A stretch of DNA of 64,000 nucleotides. Origin: an uncultured Acidimicrobiia bacterium. Lineage in GTDB: Bacteria > Actinomycetota > Acidimicrobiia > Spongiisociales > ZC4RG35. This document shows, one piece after another, positions 49,460 to 59,559 of the stretch (position 1 is the first letter of the stretch; the number at the start of each line of letters is the position of its first letter). The notes below the pieces were generated by a model. The model did no database searches. It saw nothing but the letters and a program-made list of their open reading frames with translations, and was not told the origin of the DNA. The DNA is taken from the NCBI GenBank assembly GCA_963744905.1, contig CAVUUV010000010.1, forward strand, positions 31,916 to 95,915, written 5' to 3'. A program made the position numbers and the translations under genes.

Positions 49460-49528
49460 CGATCGGGATGGTATCGACCCCACCCGCCAAGCCAGCCCTT
49501 CTTTGGAGGAGGGCAAACGCTCCACAGC

Positions 49529-49605
49529 TTCTTTGGACGGTGGCCATCGCTATGCGTTCCTGACGGTCCAAAGAACGATGGGGGCGTTCCTCACCGTCCA
49601 AAGAA
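49529..49605. repeat. 77-bp dispersed element (copy 2)
   Basis: Perfect terminal inverted TTCTTTGGACGGTG/CACCGTCCAAAGAA; homologous to 28594-28670. Confidence 0.75.
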
Positions 49606-49629
49606 GCGGGCGCTCTAACGTCACCGGGA

Positions 49630-51423
49630 ATGGAGCCGCTCCGGATCGCCAACTGCTCGGGGTTCTTCGGGGACCGCCTCTCCGCGGCGGCGGAGATGGT
49701 CAACGGAGGGCCGATCGATTACCTGACCGGTGACTACCTGGCCGAGTTGACCATGGCCTTGCTGTGGCGCACCCGCTCCCGCCATCCCGAGGCGGGCTAC
49801 GCCCGAACCTTCCTCACCCAGATGAAACAGGTCATGGCGACCTGCCTCGAACGGGGGATACGGGTGGTAGTCAACGCCGGGGGCCTCAACCCGACCGGTC
49901 TGGCCGACGCCCTGGAGGCTTTGGCCGCCGACCTGGGAGTCGATCCGGTGGTGGCGGCGGTGGACGGCGACGACCTGATGGACCGCCTCGACCGGGTTCC
50001 GCTGGCCTCATTCGTCGACGACTCGCCGCTGTCTCAGACCGGTGTAACCCCGGTGACGGCCAACGCCTATATGGGGTGCTGGGGCATCGTCGAGGCCCTG
50101 GCCCGGGGCGCCGACATCGTGGTGACGGGACGGGTGACCGACGCCGCCCTGGTCATGGGGCCCGCCGCCCATCACTTCGGGTGGGGACGCGACGACTGGG
50201 ACCGGCTGGCCGGGGCGCTGGTGGCGGGCCACGTGATCGAATGTGGTGCCCAGGCCACCGGAGGAAACTACTCGTTCTTCGAGGAGGTCCCCGGGCTGGA
50301 GCACGTCGGCTTCCCGCTGGTCGAGATGGATCCCGACGGCAGCTTCGTGGTCACCAAGCACTCCGGCACGGGCGGCATGGTCACGGAGGGGACGGTCACG
50401 GCTCAGTTGCTCTACGAGGTGGGCGGCCATCGCTACGCCAATCCCGACGTGACGGCCCGCTTCGACACGATCGGTTTGGAGCAAACCGGTCATGACCGGG
50501 TCCGGGTGAGCGGGGTGATCGGCCAGCCCCCGCCGTCACAGCTCAAGGTGGCGGTGAATTACATGGGTGGCTATCGCAACCAGGTCAGCTTCGTTCTCAC
50601 CGGCCTCGACATCGAGGCCAAGGCGGCGGCGGCGGAGACGGCCCTGTGGCAGGCGCTGGGAGGGAGGGACTCCGTCGAGGAAGCCGACGTCGAACTGGTG
50701 CGTTGGGACCGCCCCGACCCGACCAGCAACGATCTGGCCATGGCCCACCTCCGGGTCACGGTGAAGGATCGAGATCCGGAGAAGGTCGGACGCCGATTCT
50801 CGGGGGCGGCCGTGGAACTGGCCCTGGCCAACTACCCGGGATTCTTCGCCACCACGCCGCCCGGCGACGCCTCGCCCTATGCGGTGTACTGGCCCGCCAC
50901 GGTCGATCGGATGCTGGTTCCGGCCCGGGTCCATGTCGGCGGAGAAGTTACCGAGGTGTCGAGCGGCGCTCCCGCCACCAGCGACGACCTGGGCGACGTG
51001 GGGGTGGCGGTTCCACCTCCTCCGCCGTCGACCGAGACGGTGAGAGCCCCCCTGGGGCGGGTGGCCGGAGCGAGGTCGGGCGACAAGGGCGGCGACGCCA
51101 ACGTGGGGATCTGGGTGGAGGATCACGCTGCCTTCGCCTGGCTGAACCACCTCCTCAGCGAGCAAGGATTCCGCCGGCTGGTGCCCGAAGCGGAGTCTCT
51201 GGCCATCGAGCGACACGTATTCCCCAACCTTTCGGCGGTCAATTTCGTCGTCAAGGGCCTCCTGGGGCAGGGAGTCGCCGCCTCCACCCGGCTCGACCCA
51301 CAGGCCAAGTCGCTGGGCGAATACGTCCGGGCCAGGTTGGTGGACGTGCCGGCCGCCTATTTGGGTCGCCCGGATGGTGCAGGGAACGGTGAGGGTGGCG
51401 GTAGCATCCTGCCTGGGAAATGA
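49630..51423 (+). CDS. AtuA (acyclic terpene utilization) family protein
   Basis: IANCSGFFGDR, DYLAELTM, GHVIECG, ARSGDKGG, DPQAKSLGE. Confidence 0.88.
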   Translation: MEPLRIANCSGFFGDRLSAAAEMVNGGPIDYLTGDYLAELTMALLWRTRSRHPEAGYARTFLTQMKQVMATCLERGIRVVVNAGGLNPTGLADALEALAADLGVDPVVAAVDGDDLMDRLDRVPLASFVDDSPLSQTGVTPVTANAYMGCWGIVEALARGADIVVTGRVTDAALVMGPAAHHFGWGRDDWDRLAGALVAGHVIECGAQATGGNYSFFEEVPGLEHVGFPLVEMDPDGSFVVTKHSGTGGMVTEGTVTAQLLYEVGGHRYANPDVTARFDTIGLEQTGHDRVRVSGVIGQPPPSQLKVAVNYMGGYRNQVSFVLTGLDIEAKAAAAETALWQALGGRDSVEEADVELVRWDRPDPTSNDLAMAHLRVTVKDRDPEKVGRRFSGAAVELALANYPGFFATTPPGDASPYAVYWPATVDRMLVPARVHVGGEVTEVSSGAPATSDDLGDVGVAVPPPPPSTETVRAPLGRVAGARSGDKGGDANVGIWVEDHAAFAWLNHLLSEQGFRRLVPEAESLAIERHVFPNLSAVNFVVKGLLGQGVAASTRLDPQAKSLGEYVRARLVDVPAAYLGRPDGAGNGEGGGSILPGK

Positions 51424-52193
51424 CACGACCGAGCAGCCTTCTCTACAAGCTGTACGAGGACCGTCTGGTCCGCTCCCTGGACAAGGACCGGCTCCCTCAC
51501 CATCTGGGCATCGTCCTCGACGGCCACCGCCGCTACGCCCGTCATCAGGGGCTGGCCAGCTACACCGACTCCTATCGGGCCGGGATGCGCCGCTTCGAGG
51601 ATTTCCTGGGCTGGGCCCAGGAGCTCGACATCCCCGCCGTCACCGCCTGGGTGCTGTCCCGGGAGAACCTGGAGCGAGCCCGGGAGGAGCTGGAGCCCTA
51701 CTTCGAGGTGCTGATCGAGTTGTTCGGCCGTCTTCGCACCCTTCCCGCCTGCCAGGACATGACCATCCGCTTCATCGGTTCGCTCGACCTGCTCCCCGAC
51801 GAACTGGTCCTGGCGGCCAAGGACGCCGAATCGGCCCGCACCGACGGTTCCCGCCATCTCAACATCGCCATGGGCTACGGGGGCCGCCAGGAGATCGTCG
51901 ACGCCGCCCGAGACCTGGTCTCGGACCTGGCCCGCTCCGGAGTGGACGCTTCCGAGATGGCGGCCCGCATCGACGCCGACGCCCTGGCCCGCCACATGTA
52001 CTCGGCCGACCTCCCCGATCCGGATCTCCTGATCCGCACCTCGGGCGAATCGCGGTTGTCGGGGTTCTTGCTGTGGCAATCCGCCTACGCCGAGTTCGTG
52101 TTCGTCGACGTCTACTGGCCCGCATTCCGCCGGGTGGACTTCCTGCGCGCCATCCGCGACTTCAACCGCCGCGATCGGCGCTTCGGCCGCTGA
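51420..52193 (+). CDS. cis-prenyltransferase (UppS family, short-chain Z-FPP synthase-like)
   Basis: HLGIVLDGHRRYA, YGGRQEI, IRTSGESRLSGFLLWQ, RRFGR. Confidence 0.88.
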   Translation: MTRPSSLLYKLYEDRLVRSLDKDRLPHHLGIVLDGHRRYARHQGLASYTDSYRAGMRRFEDFLGWAQELDIPAVTAWVLSRENLERAREELEPYFEVLIELFGRLRTLPACQDMTIRFIGSLDLLPDELVLAAKDAESARTDGSRHLNIAMGYGGRQEIVDAARDLVSDLARSGVDASEMAARIDADALARHMYSADLPDPDLLIRTSGESRLSGFLLWQSAYAEFVFVDVYWPAFRRVDFLRAIRDFNRRDRRFGR

Positions 52194-52205
52194 GGCCGTT
52201 TCCGT

Positions 52206-53222
52206 CTACAGGTGGGGGGCGACTTCCTCCGCCAGGCGCTGCATCAGCTCGACCTGATCCGCATAGGGGAGGGTGGCGAAGTAGCTGCGGGCCACGAACT
52301 CCACCGGCAGCGGGGCCCGGCGGCGGATCTCCTGCAAGGTGGAGACGATCTGGTCGGGTGTTCCGACCACCGTGGACCGACCGAACAGCCGATCCCGCTT
52401 GTCCTCGGTCAGCTCCGGCGCCGCCGGAGGCGGGCCGGGGCGGTCGGCGGAGTCCTCCATGTCCGAGTACTTCCACATCATGTGCCACAGGTGGGGCGTG
52501 TAACGCTGCCAGGCATCGTCGACCGAGTCCCCGGGAAGCATGACCGAGTAGTGGACGATGCGTAGCTCGGCCGGGTCCCGGTCGACGCGCTCGCATTCGT
52601 CCACCACCCACTCCAGCATTCGCAGGAACTTCTCGGTGGGCACGTTGGCGAAGAGCCCATCGGCCAGGCGGGCAGCACGGCGAATGGCCGCCTCGGCTCC
52701 TCCCCCGATCAGGATGGGTATCCGCGCCGACGGTGTGGGCCGGACCGCCAGTCGGGGGAGGTCGTACACCGATCCCGAGTGCTCGAAGACCTCACCACTC
52801 CATGCCCGGTGAAGGATGGTGAGGGTCTCCTCCATCGCCCGCCCTCGCTTGCTCATCTCCGCCCCCAGGCCCTCGAACTCGGCTGCGGACCAGCCCAGGC
52901 CCAGACCCAGGGTGAGGCGACCCTTGCTGAGGAGGCTGGCGGTGGCGGCGTCCTCGGCCAGGCGGAGAGGATGGTGAAGTGGAGCCAGGATGACGCCGGT
53001 GCCGACTTCGATCGTGGACGTGGCGGCGGCGATGGCGCCGCTCACCACCAGCAGGGACGGCATGTAGCCGTCATCGACGAAATGGTGCTCGGTGGTCCAA
53101 ATCGACGAAAGTCCGAGTCGCTCCGCCTCCACCGCTAACCGTATCGTTTCGTCGTAGGCACGGGACCAATCGGTCTCGCCGGGACGCAGCTGGGCACTCA
53201 ACAGACCGAACCCGAGGCTCAT
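52206..53222 (-). CDS. LLM-class flavin-dependent oxidoreductase
   Basis: WTTEHHF, HPLRLAEDAAT, GRLTLGLGLGW, IRRAARLADG. Confidence 0.88.
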   Translation of the reverse strand: MSLGFGLLSAQLRPGETDWSRAYDETIRLAVEAERLGLSSIWTTEHHFVDDGYMPSLLVVSGAIAAATSTIEVGTGVILAPLHHPLRLAEDAATASLLSKGRLTLGLGLGWSAAEFEGLGAEMSKRGRAMEETLTILHRAWSGEVFEHSGSVYDLPRLAVRPTPSARIPILIGGGAEAAIRRAARLADGLFANVPTEKFLRMLEWVVDECERVDRDPAELRIVHYSVMLPGDSVDDAWQRYTPHLWHMMWKYSDMEDSADRPGPPPAAPELTEDKRDRLFGRSTVVGTPDQIVSTLQEIRRRAPLPVEFVARSYFATLPYADQVELMQRLAEEVAPHL

Positions 53223-53253
53223 GGTGGTGGTTCCTTTCGACGGGGGGCTGAGA

Positions 53254-53585
53254 CTAAGTACTCCGCGTCGCAATTACGGTCGCATGTTTCGGCGAGTCGG
53301 CGGCGTCGATGGCAAGGACGCAGTCCGCAGGCGCACCCGCAGCGGTGCGTCAAGGACGAGGACACAGCAAGCGGCGTAGCCGGCCGCTGAAACGTCAGCG
53401 TAATTACGGGGCGGGGTACTAACTCCGCGTCGCAATTACGGTCGCATGTTTCGGCGAGTCGGCGGCGTCGATGGCAAGGACGCAGTCCGCAGGCGCACCC
53501 GCAGCGGTGCGTCAAGGACGAGGACACAGCAAGCGGCGTAGCCGGCCGTTGAAACGTCAGCGTAATTACGGGGCGGGGTGCTAAG
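53254..53585. mobile_element. MITE family 2, head-to-tail tandem dimer (162-bp period)
   Basis: Two near-identical units; TIR ACTCCGCGTCGCAATTACG vs ACCCCGCCCCGTAATTACG; CTAA at all junctions. Confidence 0.8.
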
Positions 53586-53669
53586 CCAGAAGGTCCCGGA
53601 CTCGCTCGATCGAGAGGCACCCATCCTCGAATCCCGCCAGGAGTAGAGTTGCCAGGCGTGGAGGCTGCA

Positions 53670-54056
53670 ATGAAGCGACTCCAATGGATGCAGACCGAAC
53701 ACGGCTGGCGCTGCGATGCGTATCAGATCGAGCTCCTTGCCCCCGGCTTCTGGGTACTGAGTCAACACAGCGGTCGCTCCCCGTGGCCCGAGGTAATCGC
53801 CAGCGGGGGTTCGTTGAAAGGCCTGAAGAGGCGGGCGTGGCGCTTAGAGGCCAGACTCCGGGGACGGCGTCGCCTGGTCTCGTACCTGGCGTGGCTGGCG
53901 GCCAGCGTGATTTTGGCCGCGGCGGTGCACGGTATTCAGACCCTGTTCGTCATGGCGATCGTGGTCGTCTTCCTCCTGACCCTGCGCGTGATCGGCTTCT
54001 GGGTTGGCCTGACGACCGGTCGAGGCTGGAACCGCCTGGCCGATACCTATCAGTAG
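53670..54056 (+). CDS. Hypothetical membrane protein
   Basis: GGAGG RBS; two C-terminal TM helices. Confidence 0.6.
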   Translation: MKRLQWMQTEHGWRCDAYQIELLAPGFWVLSQHSGRSPWPEVIASGGSLKGLKRRAWRLEARLRGRRRLVSYLAWLAASVILAAAVHGIQTLFVMAIVVVFLLTLRVIGFWVGLTTGRGWNRLADTYQ

Positions 54057-54167
54057 ACGGAGCCTGCGAAATCAGACGAGGCAGTTCTGCAGGCGGTGAT
54101 AGAAGCGATCTCCACCGCCACTGCTTCCGGACCGAGGCGGCGGACGGGTCCCGGCGCTGGGTCCGAA

Positions 54168-54334
54168 CTAGGAGCCCGTTGAACAATGCATGTCACCCAT
54201 CTCGCGACCATGCATCACCACCCACTGCGTTCTCGGCCCCGCCATTCCGGCACAAGGAGTGGCGAAACCTCGGCCTTGCGGCTGGCGCGCCTGGCCGCCA
54301 ATCCGAGCAACGGCATTATCCAACAGGCTCCTAG
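54168..54334. mobile_element. MITE family 1, copy 2
   Basis: CTAG-flanked; near-identical to 28950-29117. Confidence 0.85.
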
Positions 54335-54386
54335 GTCGCCCGGAGGGTGGCGGGTTGTCAGACCGGTTGCGTAGTCTGTTGGCCAG

Positions 54387-55040
54387 ATGGAACGCATCAC
54401 ATGGGGTCGAATGCAGAACCCGCTCCGTGGCATTCTCCACGGTTCGGCTGCCGTGGTGGCCACCGGAGGCCTGGCCTACCTGGTCACGCGAGCCTGGGGC
54501 CGGATCGCCATCCTCTCGGCCGTTCTCCTCTACGGGCTGGCTCTCGTCACCATGTACACGGTCTCTGCTCTCTACCACTCGGTGCCCTGGACACAACGCT
54601 GGAAAGCCCGAATGCAGCGGGTCGACCATTCGCTTATCTTCCTGGTCGTGGCCGGGACCTTCACCCCCTTCGCCCTGACCGCGCTGGGCGGCATCCGCCA
54701 ACTGGTCGCTCTCACTCTGGTGTGGGCAATCGCGGTGACGGGGATCGTCCTCAAGTTCGCCCTCCCGGACCCCAGGACCTGGCTGTCGGTCACCCTGCAG
54801 ATGGCCATGGGCTGGTCTGCTCTGATCTGGCTGCCCTGGATACTGGCCAGTATGGGATGGGGTGCGGTGATCCTGATCATGGCGGGCGGCCTGTGCTACA
54901 CGATCGGGACCATCGTCTACGCCACCAAACGGCCCCGGCTCTTTCCCAGGATCTTCAGCTACCACGAGCTGTTCCACATCCTGGTCATCGCCGGATCGAG
55001 CCTTCATTTCTGGGCCATCGCCCGATACGTGATCGTCTAG
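54387..55040 (+). CDS. Hemolysin III/PAQR family membrane protein
   Basis: SALYH, RVDHSLIF..AGTFTP, YHELFHILV. Confidence 0.9.
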   Translation: MERITWGRMQNPLRGILHGSAAVVATGGLAYLVTRAWGRIAILSAVLLYGLALVTMYTVSALYHSVPWTQRWKARMQRVDHSLIFLVVAGTFTPFALTALGGIRQLVALTLVWAIAVTGIVLKFALPDPRTWLSVTLQMAMGWSALIWLPWILASMGWGAVILIMAGGLCYTIGTIVYATKRPRLFPRIFSYHELFHILVIAGSSLHFWAIARYVIV

Positions 55041-55082
55041 GATTCCCACGTCGTCGAATCCGGTTCGAATAGCCTCCGCCCG

Positions 55083-55938
55083 GTGCGAGAAGGAAGGGCG
55101 GCGACGTTGGTGGTGGCGGCCGCCGTCCTGTGGGGAACCACGGGCACCGCCCAGGCCCTCGGTCAGGCGGAGAGCTCTCCGCTCAGCGTCGGGGCGCTGC
55201 GGATGGCGATCGGGGCCGCCGGGTTGCTGGCCGTCTCGTGGCATCGGCTCAGCCGTCCGCCCCCGGGATGGTTGGTGCTCTCCGCCGTCTGTATGGCGGG
55301 CTACCAGGTGTGCTTCTTCTCGAGCGTGGCCCGGATCGGTGTGGCCCTGGGCACCGTAGTGGCGCTGGGTAGCGCCCCCGTCATGGCCGGCGCTGTTGGG
55401 CCGGGTTATCCGCCGGGAGGTACTGGGCCTGCGCTGGCTCCTGGCCACGGCTTCGGCGGTGATCGGAGTGGCCCTGATCGCCGCCGCCCCCAGCGATGGT
55501 GACCCTCTCGGGCTGACCCTGGCCCTGGGCGCCGGGTTGGCCTATGCGGTCTATGCCCTCAGCTCGAAGTACCTGGTGGAGAGACTCCACCCCACCGCCG
55601 CCATGGCCCTGACATTTGCCGGCGCGGCCGTGTTGCTCGCACCCCTGCTGGCGGGCGCCGACCTGGACTGGCTGTCCCGAGTTCGGGGCGTGGCTGCGGC
55701 CGTCTGGCTGGGTCTGGGCGCCACCACCCTGGCATACATCGCTTTCGCCCGCGGCCTCCAGGGGACCCGGGTGGGCAACGCCGCCACCCTCACCCTGGCC
55801 GAGCCCGCCACGGCCGCTGTGCTCGGTTTCGCCGTGCTGGGCGAGCGGCCTGGATGGGAGGGATGGCTGGGAGTGACGCTGGTGATGGGAGCGGTGTGGA
55901 TACTGGCCAGGTGGCGGACGGCGAGCGTCAGCCCCTGA
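55083..55938 (+). CDS. EamA/DMT transporter (frameshift near 55395)
   Basis: LWGTTGTAQA and GSAPV in frame 1; TLAEP and LGER in the +1 frame. Confidence 0.8.
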
Positions 55939-57376
55939 CCAGCCACGAGGTCTCGGCGCACAGGGCCTCGATCCCTTCGATGGAGGCGGGAACGTGGCTG
56001 CTCAGGTTTTCGTGGCCGTCCTCGGTGATGAGTAGGTCGTCTTCGATACGGATGCCCAGCCCCAGGAACTCCTCGGGCACATTCCATTCGACCTGTTCTG
56101 CCTGCTCGAGGGTCTCGGTCTGGCGCTTGCGGGCCGCCTCTCCTTCCAGCACCCGCTCCAGGGTCCACTGGTCCTGGTCGTACTCGAGCAGGGGAAACGA
56201 CCTGGCGGGACGGGAAGCGTCGACGTAGAGACCGGGTTCGACCGTGAAGGCCATGCCCGGTTCCAGCTTGCGGCTCGAGCCACCCAGGCGGTAGGCGCCC
56301 CGGTCGTGAACGTCGAGTCCCAGCCAGTGGCTGGTGCCGTGGAAGAAGAACTGGCGGTAGTGATGCATGGCCAATGAGTCCTCCACCCCCCGGGGCAGGA
56401 ACCCCAGTTCGGAAAGGCCCTCGGTCAGGATCCTGGTGGCGGCGTGGTGGACCGCCCCGATCGTCGACGCCGGACGGGCCGCCTCGAACCCGGCTTGCTG
56501 GGCGGCCAGCACCACCTCATACAGGGCGCGCTGGGGGGCGGTGAACTCTCCCGAGGCCGGGAAGGTGCGGGTGATGTCGGATGAGTAATGGTCGATCTCG
56601 GCCGCAGCGTCGATCAGCATCAGGTCCCCCTCCTCGATCCGTCGATCGTTCTCCACATAGTGGAGGATGCAGTTGTTGGGGCCCGAGGCCACGATCGAGG
56701 GATAACCGTTGCGGGGCGATCCTCCCTCACGCCACACGTACTCCATGGCCGCCTGCACCTGATACTCGTACAGGTCGGGACGGGCGAACCGCATCGCTTC
56801 CCGGTGACCCTCGGCCGAGAGCAGACAGGCCGCCCGCAACGACTCGATCTCCGTTTCGGACTTGACCAGACGTAACTCCCCCAGCGCCACCGACACGTCC
56901 TTGACCGTGTCGGGGGCCGCCTGGCCGGAGCGGTCCCGATAGGCCCGGGCCCGGGCCAGCAGCCCGGTCATGCGCGAATCGTGGCCGGCGTCACCCATTC
57001 GATACCACAGCACCGACCGGCCCAGCATGAGGCGAGTCAACACCTCGTCCAGCTCGGAGATCTCATAGGCGGCGTCGGCCTCGTGCTGGGCGCGGGCCCC
57101 TTCCACTCCGGCCCGGTAACCGTTCCATGCCTCCATCTCGGGATCACGGGGACGTACGAACAGGGTGTAATCGCCGTCGGGATGCCCGGGGGCGATCACG
57201 CACACCGCGTCCGGTTCCTCGAACCCGGTCAGGTAGACGAAGTTGGAGTCCTGGCGGAAGCGGTGGTTGACGTCATCGTTGCGAATGGTCTCGGCGGCGG
57301 CGGGTATCACGGCAATACCCTCGGTGCCGACGATCTCGGCCAGGCGGGAACGGTGGGTTTGGAATCTGTCGACCAT
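55928..57376 (-). CDS. pepP: Xaa-Pro aminopeptidase
   Basis: FRQDSNF.YLTG, SDITRT, HWLGLDVHD, TVEPG, GIRIEDD. Confidence 0.92.
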   Translation of the reverse strand: MVDRFQTHRSRLAEIVGTEGIAVIPAAAETIRNDDVNHRFRQDSNFVYLTGFEEPDAVCVIAPGHPDGDYTLFVRPRDPEMEAWNGYRAGVEGARAQHEADAAYEISELDEVLTRLMLGRSVLWYRMGDAGHDSRMTGLLARARAYRDRSGQAAPDTVKDVSVALGELRLVKSETEIESLRAACLLSAEGHREAMRFARPDLYEYQVQAAMEYVWREGGSPRNGYPSIVASGPNNCILHYVENDRRIEEGDLMLIDAAAEIDHYSSDITRTFPASGEFTAPQRALYEVVLAAQQAGFEAARPASTIGAVHHAATRILTEGLSELGFLPRGVEDSLAMHHYRQFFFHGTSHWLGLDVHDRGAYRLGGSSRKLEPGMAFTVEPGLYVDASRPARSFPLLEYDQDQWTLERVLEGEAARKRQTETLEQAEQVEWNVPEEFLGLGIRIEDDLLITEDGHENLSSHVPASIEGIEALCAETSWLVRG

Positions 57377-57388
57377 ATGCGCCTCAAG

Positions 57389-58297
57389 TTACCCGGGTAC
57401 CCACAGGTCTACTACCAGAGGGAAGTGGTCCGATCCCAGGGCGGGCCCGAGACGGCGATCGGCAACGGCCAGGCCGTCGGAGTAGAGAAGGTGGTCGATG
57501 GGCACCCGGAGGGCGAAGAACCAGGTGGTGGGGAAGCTGGCCTCGATTCCGAAACCGGCCTGTGAGTTGTGGAGCCCGGTCGACGCAACCAGGCGACGGA
57601 ATGGGTAGGACCAGGGAGTGGCATTGAAATCACCGGTGACGACGTGTGGCCCCTCCTGGCGCCCGGCCCATTCTGCCGCAAACGCCAGTTGAGCGTTACG
57701 GAGCGCGGCCCGCTCGGCATTGGTGGGCGAGAGGGCATGAACACCGAGGATGGCCACTTCGTCGTGGATCACCTCGACCGCCCGGGCCCCGCCGGTCGTG
57801 AATCCGAAGCTGGTCACCTTGTCCCCGGGGCGCGTCAGGACCAACGTGCCGAAGATCAACTCCTGGCTGCGGGATTTGGTGATCTCATATCCCAGGTCGG
57901 CACTCTCGATCGCCACCTCCCAGGGCAGGGACGCCTCGTGCAGGAAGACGACGTCTGGGTTCTCCTGGCGGATGAAGGAGATGAGGGCGGCGAACTCCTC
58001 GTTGGAGTCGTACAGGTTGAACGACATGACCCGAATCGGCTCCTCGGGCGGGATCGTGACTCCGTGCCCGATGAAGAGGGGCACGATCACGACCAGGTTC
58101 ACCACCGCCCCGAGGGCGGCCACCAGCGCCGTCTTCCGCCATGCGCGCACGATCAGCAGCGCCGCCAGGGCGATCAGGGCGACCGCATACTGGACCCTGA
58201 AGTTGGCCGCCACGTCGAGCACCCAGGACCATTTCCCGAAGAAGGCGGCCACGGTGACCACGGCCAGCGCTACCGCGGGTACGGCCACGACGATCAT
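57389..58297 (-). CDS. Endonuclease/exonuclease/phosphatase family membrane protein
   Basis: VMSFN, GDFNATPWS, IDH, GSDH; N-terminal TMs. Confidence 0.85.
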   Translation of the reverse strand: MIVVAVPAVALAVVTVAAFFGKWSWVLDVAANFRVQYAVALIALAALLIVRAWRKTALVAALGAVVNLVVIVPLFIGHGVTIPPEEPIRVMSFNLYDSNEEFAALISFIRQENPDVVFLHEASLPWEVAIESADLGYEITKSRSQELIFGTLVLTRPGDKVTSFGFTTGGARAVEVIHDEVAILGVHALSPTNAERAALRNAQLAFAAEWAGRQEGPHVVTGDFNATPWSYPFRRLVASTGLHNSQAGFGIEASFPTTWFFALRVPIDHLLYSDGLAVADRRLGPALGSDHFPLVVDLWVPG

Positions 58298-58345
58298 GAG
58301 GGGTCAGGGTAGGAGTGGTTGCCCGGGTGTGATTCGAGCCTCCAG

Positions 58346-58504
58346 TGGTGTGTCGCTCAATCAGGGGAACGGTGTCTCCGAGTCATCGGCGTTCTCTGGC
58401 AAGGAGAGGGCGCAGTCGCAGCCGGGGCGCTGCGGCGAGCACTTCGACACAGCCAGGGGCGTCGGGGGCCGGAGAGACCGCGCCATCATTTGGGCGACGC
58501 ACCA
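58346..58504. mobile_element. MITE family 3 (single copy, abuts family 1 copy 3)
   Basis: TIR TGGTGTGTCGCTCAA vs TGGTGCGTCGCCCAA; flanks CCAG/CTAG; 159 bp. Confidence 0.65.
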
Positions 58505-58672
58505 CTAGGAGCCTGTTGGATAATGCCGTTGCTCGGATTGGCGGCCAGGCGCGCCAGCCGCAAGGCCGAGGTTTCGCCACTCCTTGTGCCGGAATGGCGG
58601 GGCCGAGAACGCAGTGGGTGGTGATGTATGGTCGTCAAGATGGGTGACATGCATTGTTCAACGGGCTCCTAG
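58505..58672. mobile_element. MITE family 1, copy 3 (inverted)
   Basis: Reverse complement of 28950-29117; CTAG flanks. Confidence 0.85.
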
Positions 58673-59535
58673 GACATCCAGTCGGCGATGGCCCGGCCGA
58701 TCTCGGGCCCGGAGTCCTCCTGGATGAAGTGGATCCCGGGAACGGTGATCTCGGTTTGGTTGGGCCAGGTGCGACAGAACTCGCGCTGGCGGCCGGTGAG
58801 TATCGAGCCCGGGTCGGCGTTGATGAACAGCTTGGGGATCTGGCTGGAGGCCAGCCATTCACCGTAGCCATGGACGATCTCGGCCACGGCGGCGGGCTCG
58901 CCGTCGATGGGGATCTCCCGCGGCCAGGTCAGGGTGGGGCGCCGGTCCTCGCCCTGGTTGCGGTAGGGCCGGCGATACTCGTCCATCACCTCCTCGGGCA
59001 GGGGCTGGAGCACCGAAGCCGGAAGTATCCGCTCGACGAAGACGTTCTTGTTGAGGATGATCTCCTCGCCTGCCTCCGAGCGCATCCCCTGGAAGATACG
59101 GCGCGAGGCTTCGGGCCAGTCGTCCCAGGTCACCGGCATCACCATCGTCTCCATGTAGACGATGCCCTTGACCGACTCGGGATGGCGGTGGGCCCAATCG
59201 AAGGCGAGGGCCCCGCCCCAGTCGTGGCCGACCAGGGTGACGTTCTGGTTCACCTCCAGCACCTCCAGCAGCGCATCGAGGTAGGTGCGGTGATCGATGA
59301 AGCGGTAGGAGCGGGGGCCGGTCCCCACCTTCTCGGAATCGCCCATTCCGATCAGGTCGGGGGCGATGCAGCGGCCCCTCTCGACCACCTCGGGGATCAC
59401 GTTGCGCCACAGGAACGACGAGGTGGGGTTGCCATGCAAGAACACGATCGGGTCCCCCGAACCCTGTTCCACGTAGGCCATCTCGGCTCCGAGGACGCGG
59501 GCGCGCTTGTGGGGCAGGGGCTTCCGCTTGAACAT
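58669..59535 (-). CDS. dhaA: Haloalkane dehalogenase (HLD-II type)
   Basis: LHGNPTSS, PDLIGMG, HDWG, YME, WPREIP, HFIQED. Confidence 0.88.
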   Translation of the reverse strand: MFKRKPLPHKRARVLGAEMAYVEQGSGDPIVFLHGNPTSSFLWRNVIPEVVERGRCIAPDLIGMGDSEKVGTGPRSYRFIDHRTYLDALLEVLEVNQNVTLVGHDWGGALAFDWAHRHPESVKGIVYMETMVMPVTWDDWPEASRRIFQGMRSEAGEEIILNKNVFVERILPASVLQPLPEEVMDEYRRPYRNQGEDRRPTLTWPREIPIDGEPAAVAEIVHGYGEWLASSQIPKLFINADPGSILTGRQREFCRTWPNQTEITVPGIHFIQEDSGPEIGRAIADWMS

Positions 59536-59559
59536 GGCGCCAGCATATCTTCGCTTCGC

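Noticed and set aside
49630-52193. AtuA plus cis-prenyltransferase as a novel terpene pathway
   Set aside because: Only a 4-nt overlap supports linkage; no other terpene genes nearby
53254-53585. Possible CRISPR array
   Set aside because: Two long units with TIRs, no unique spacers and no cas genes
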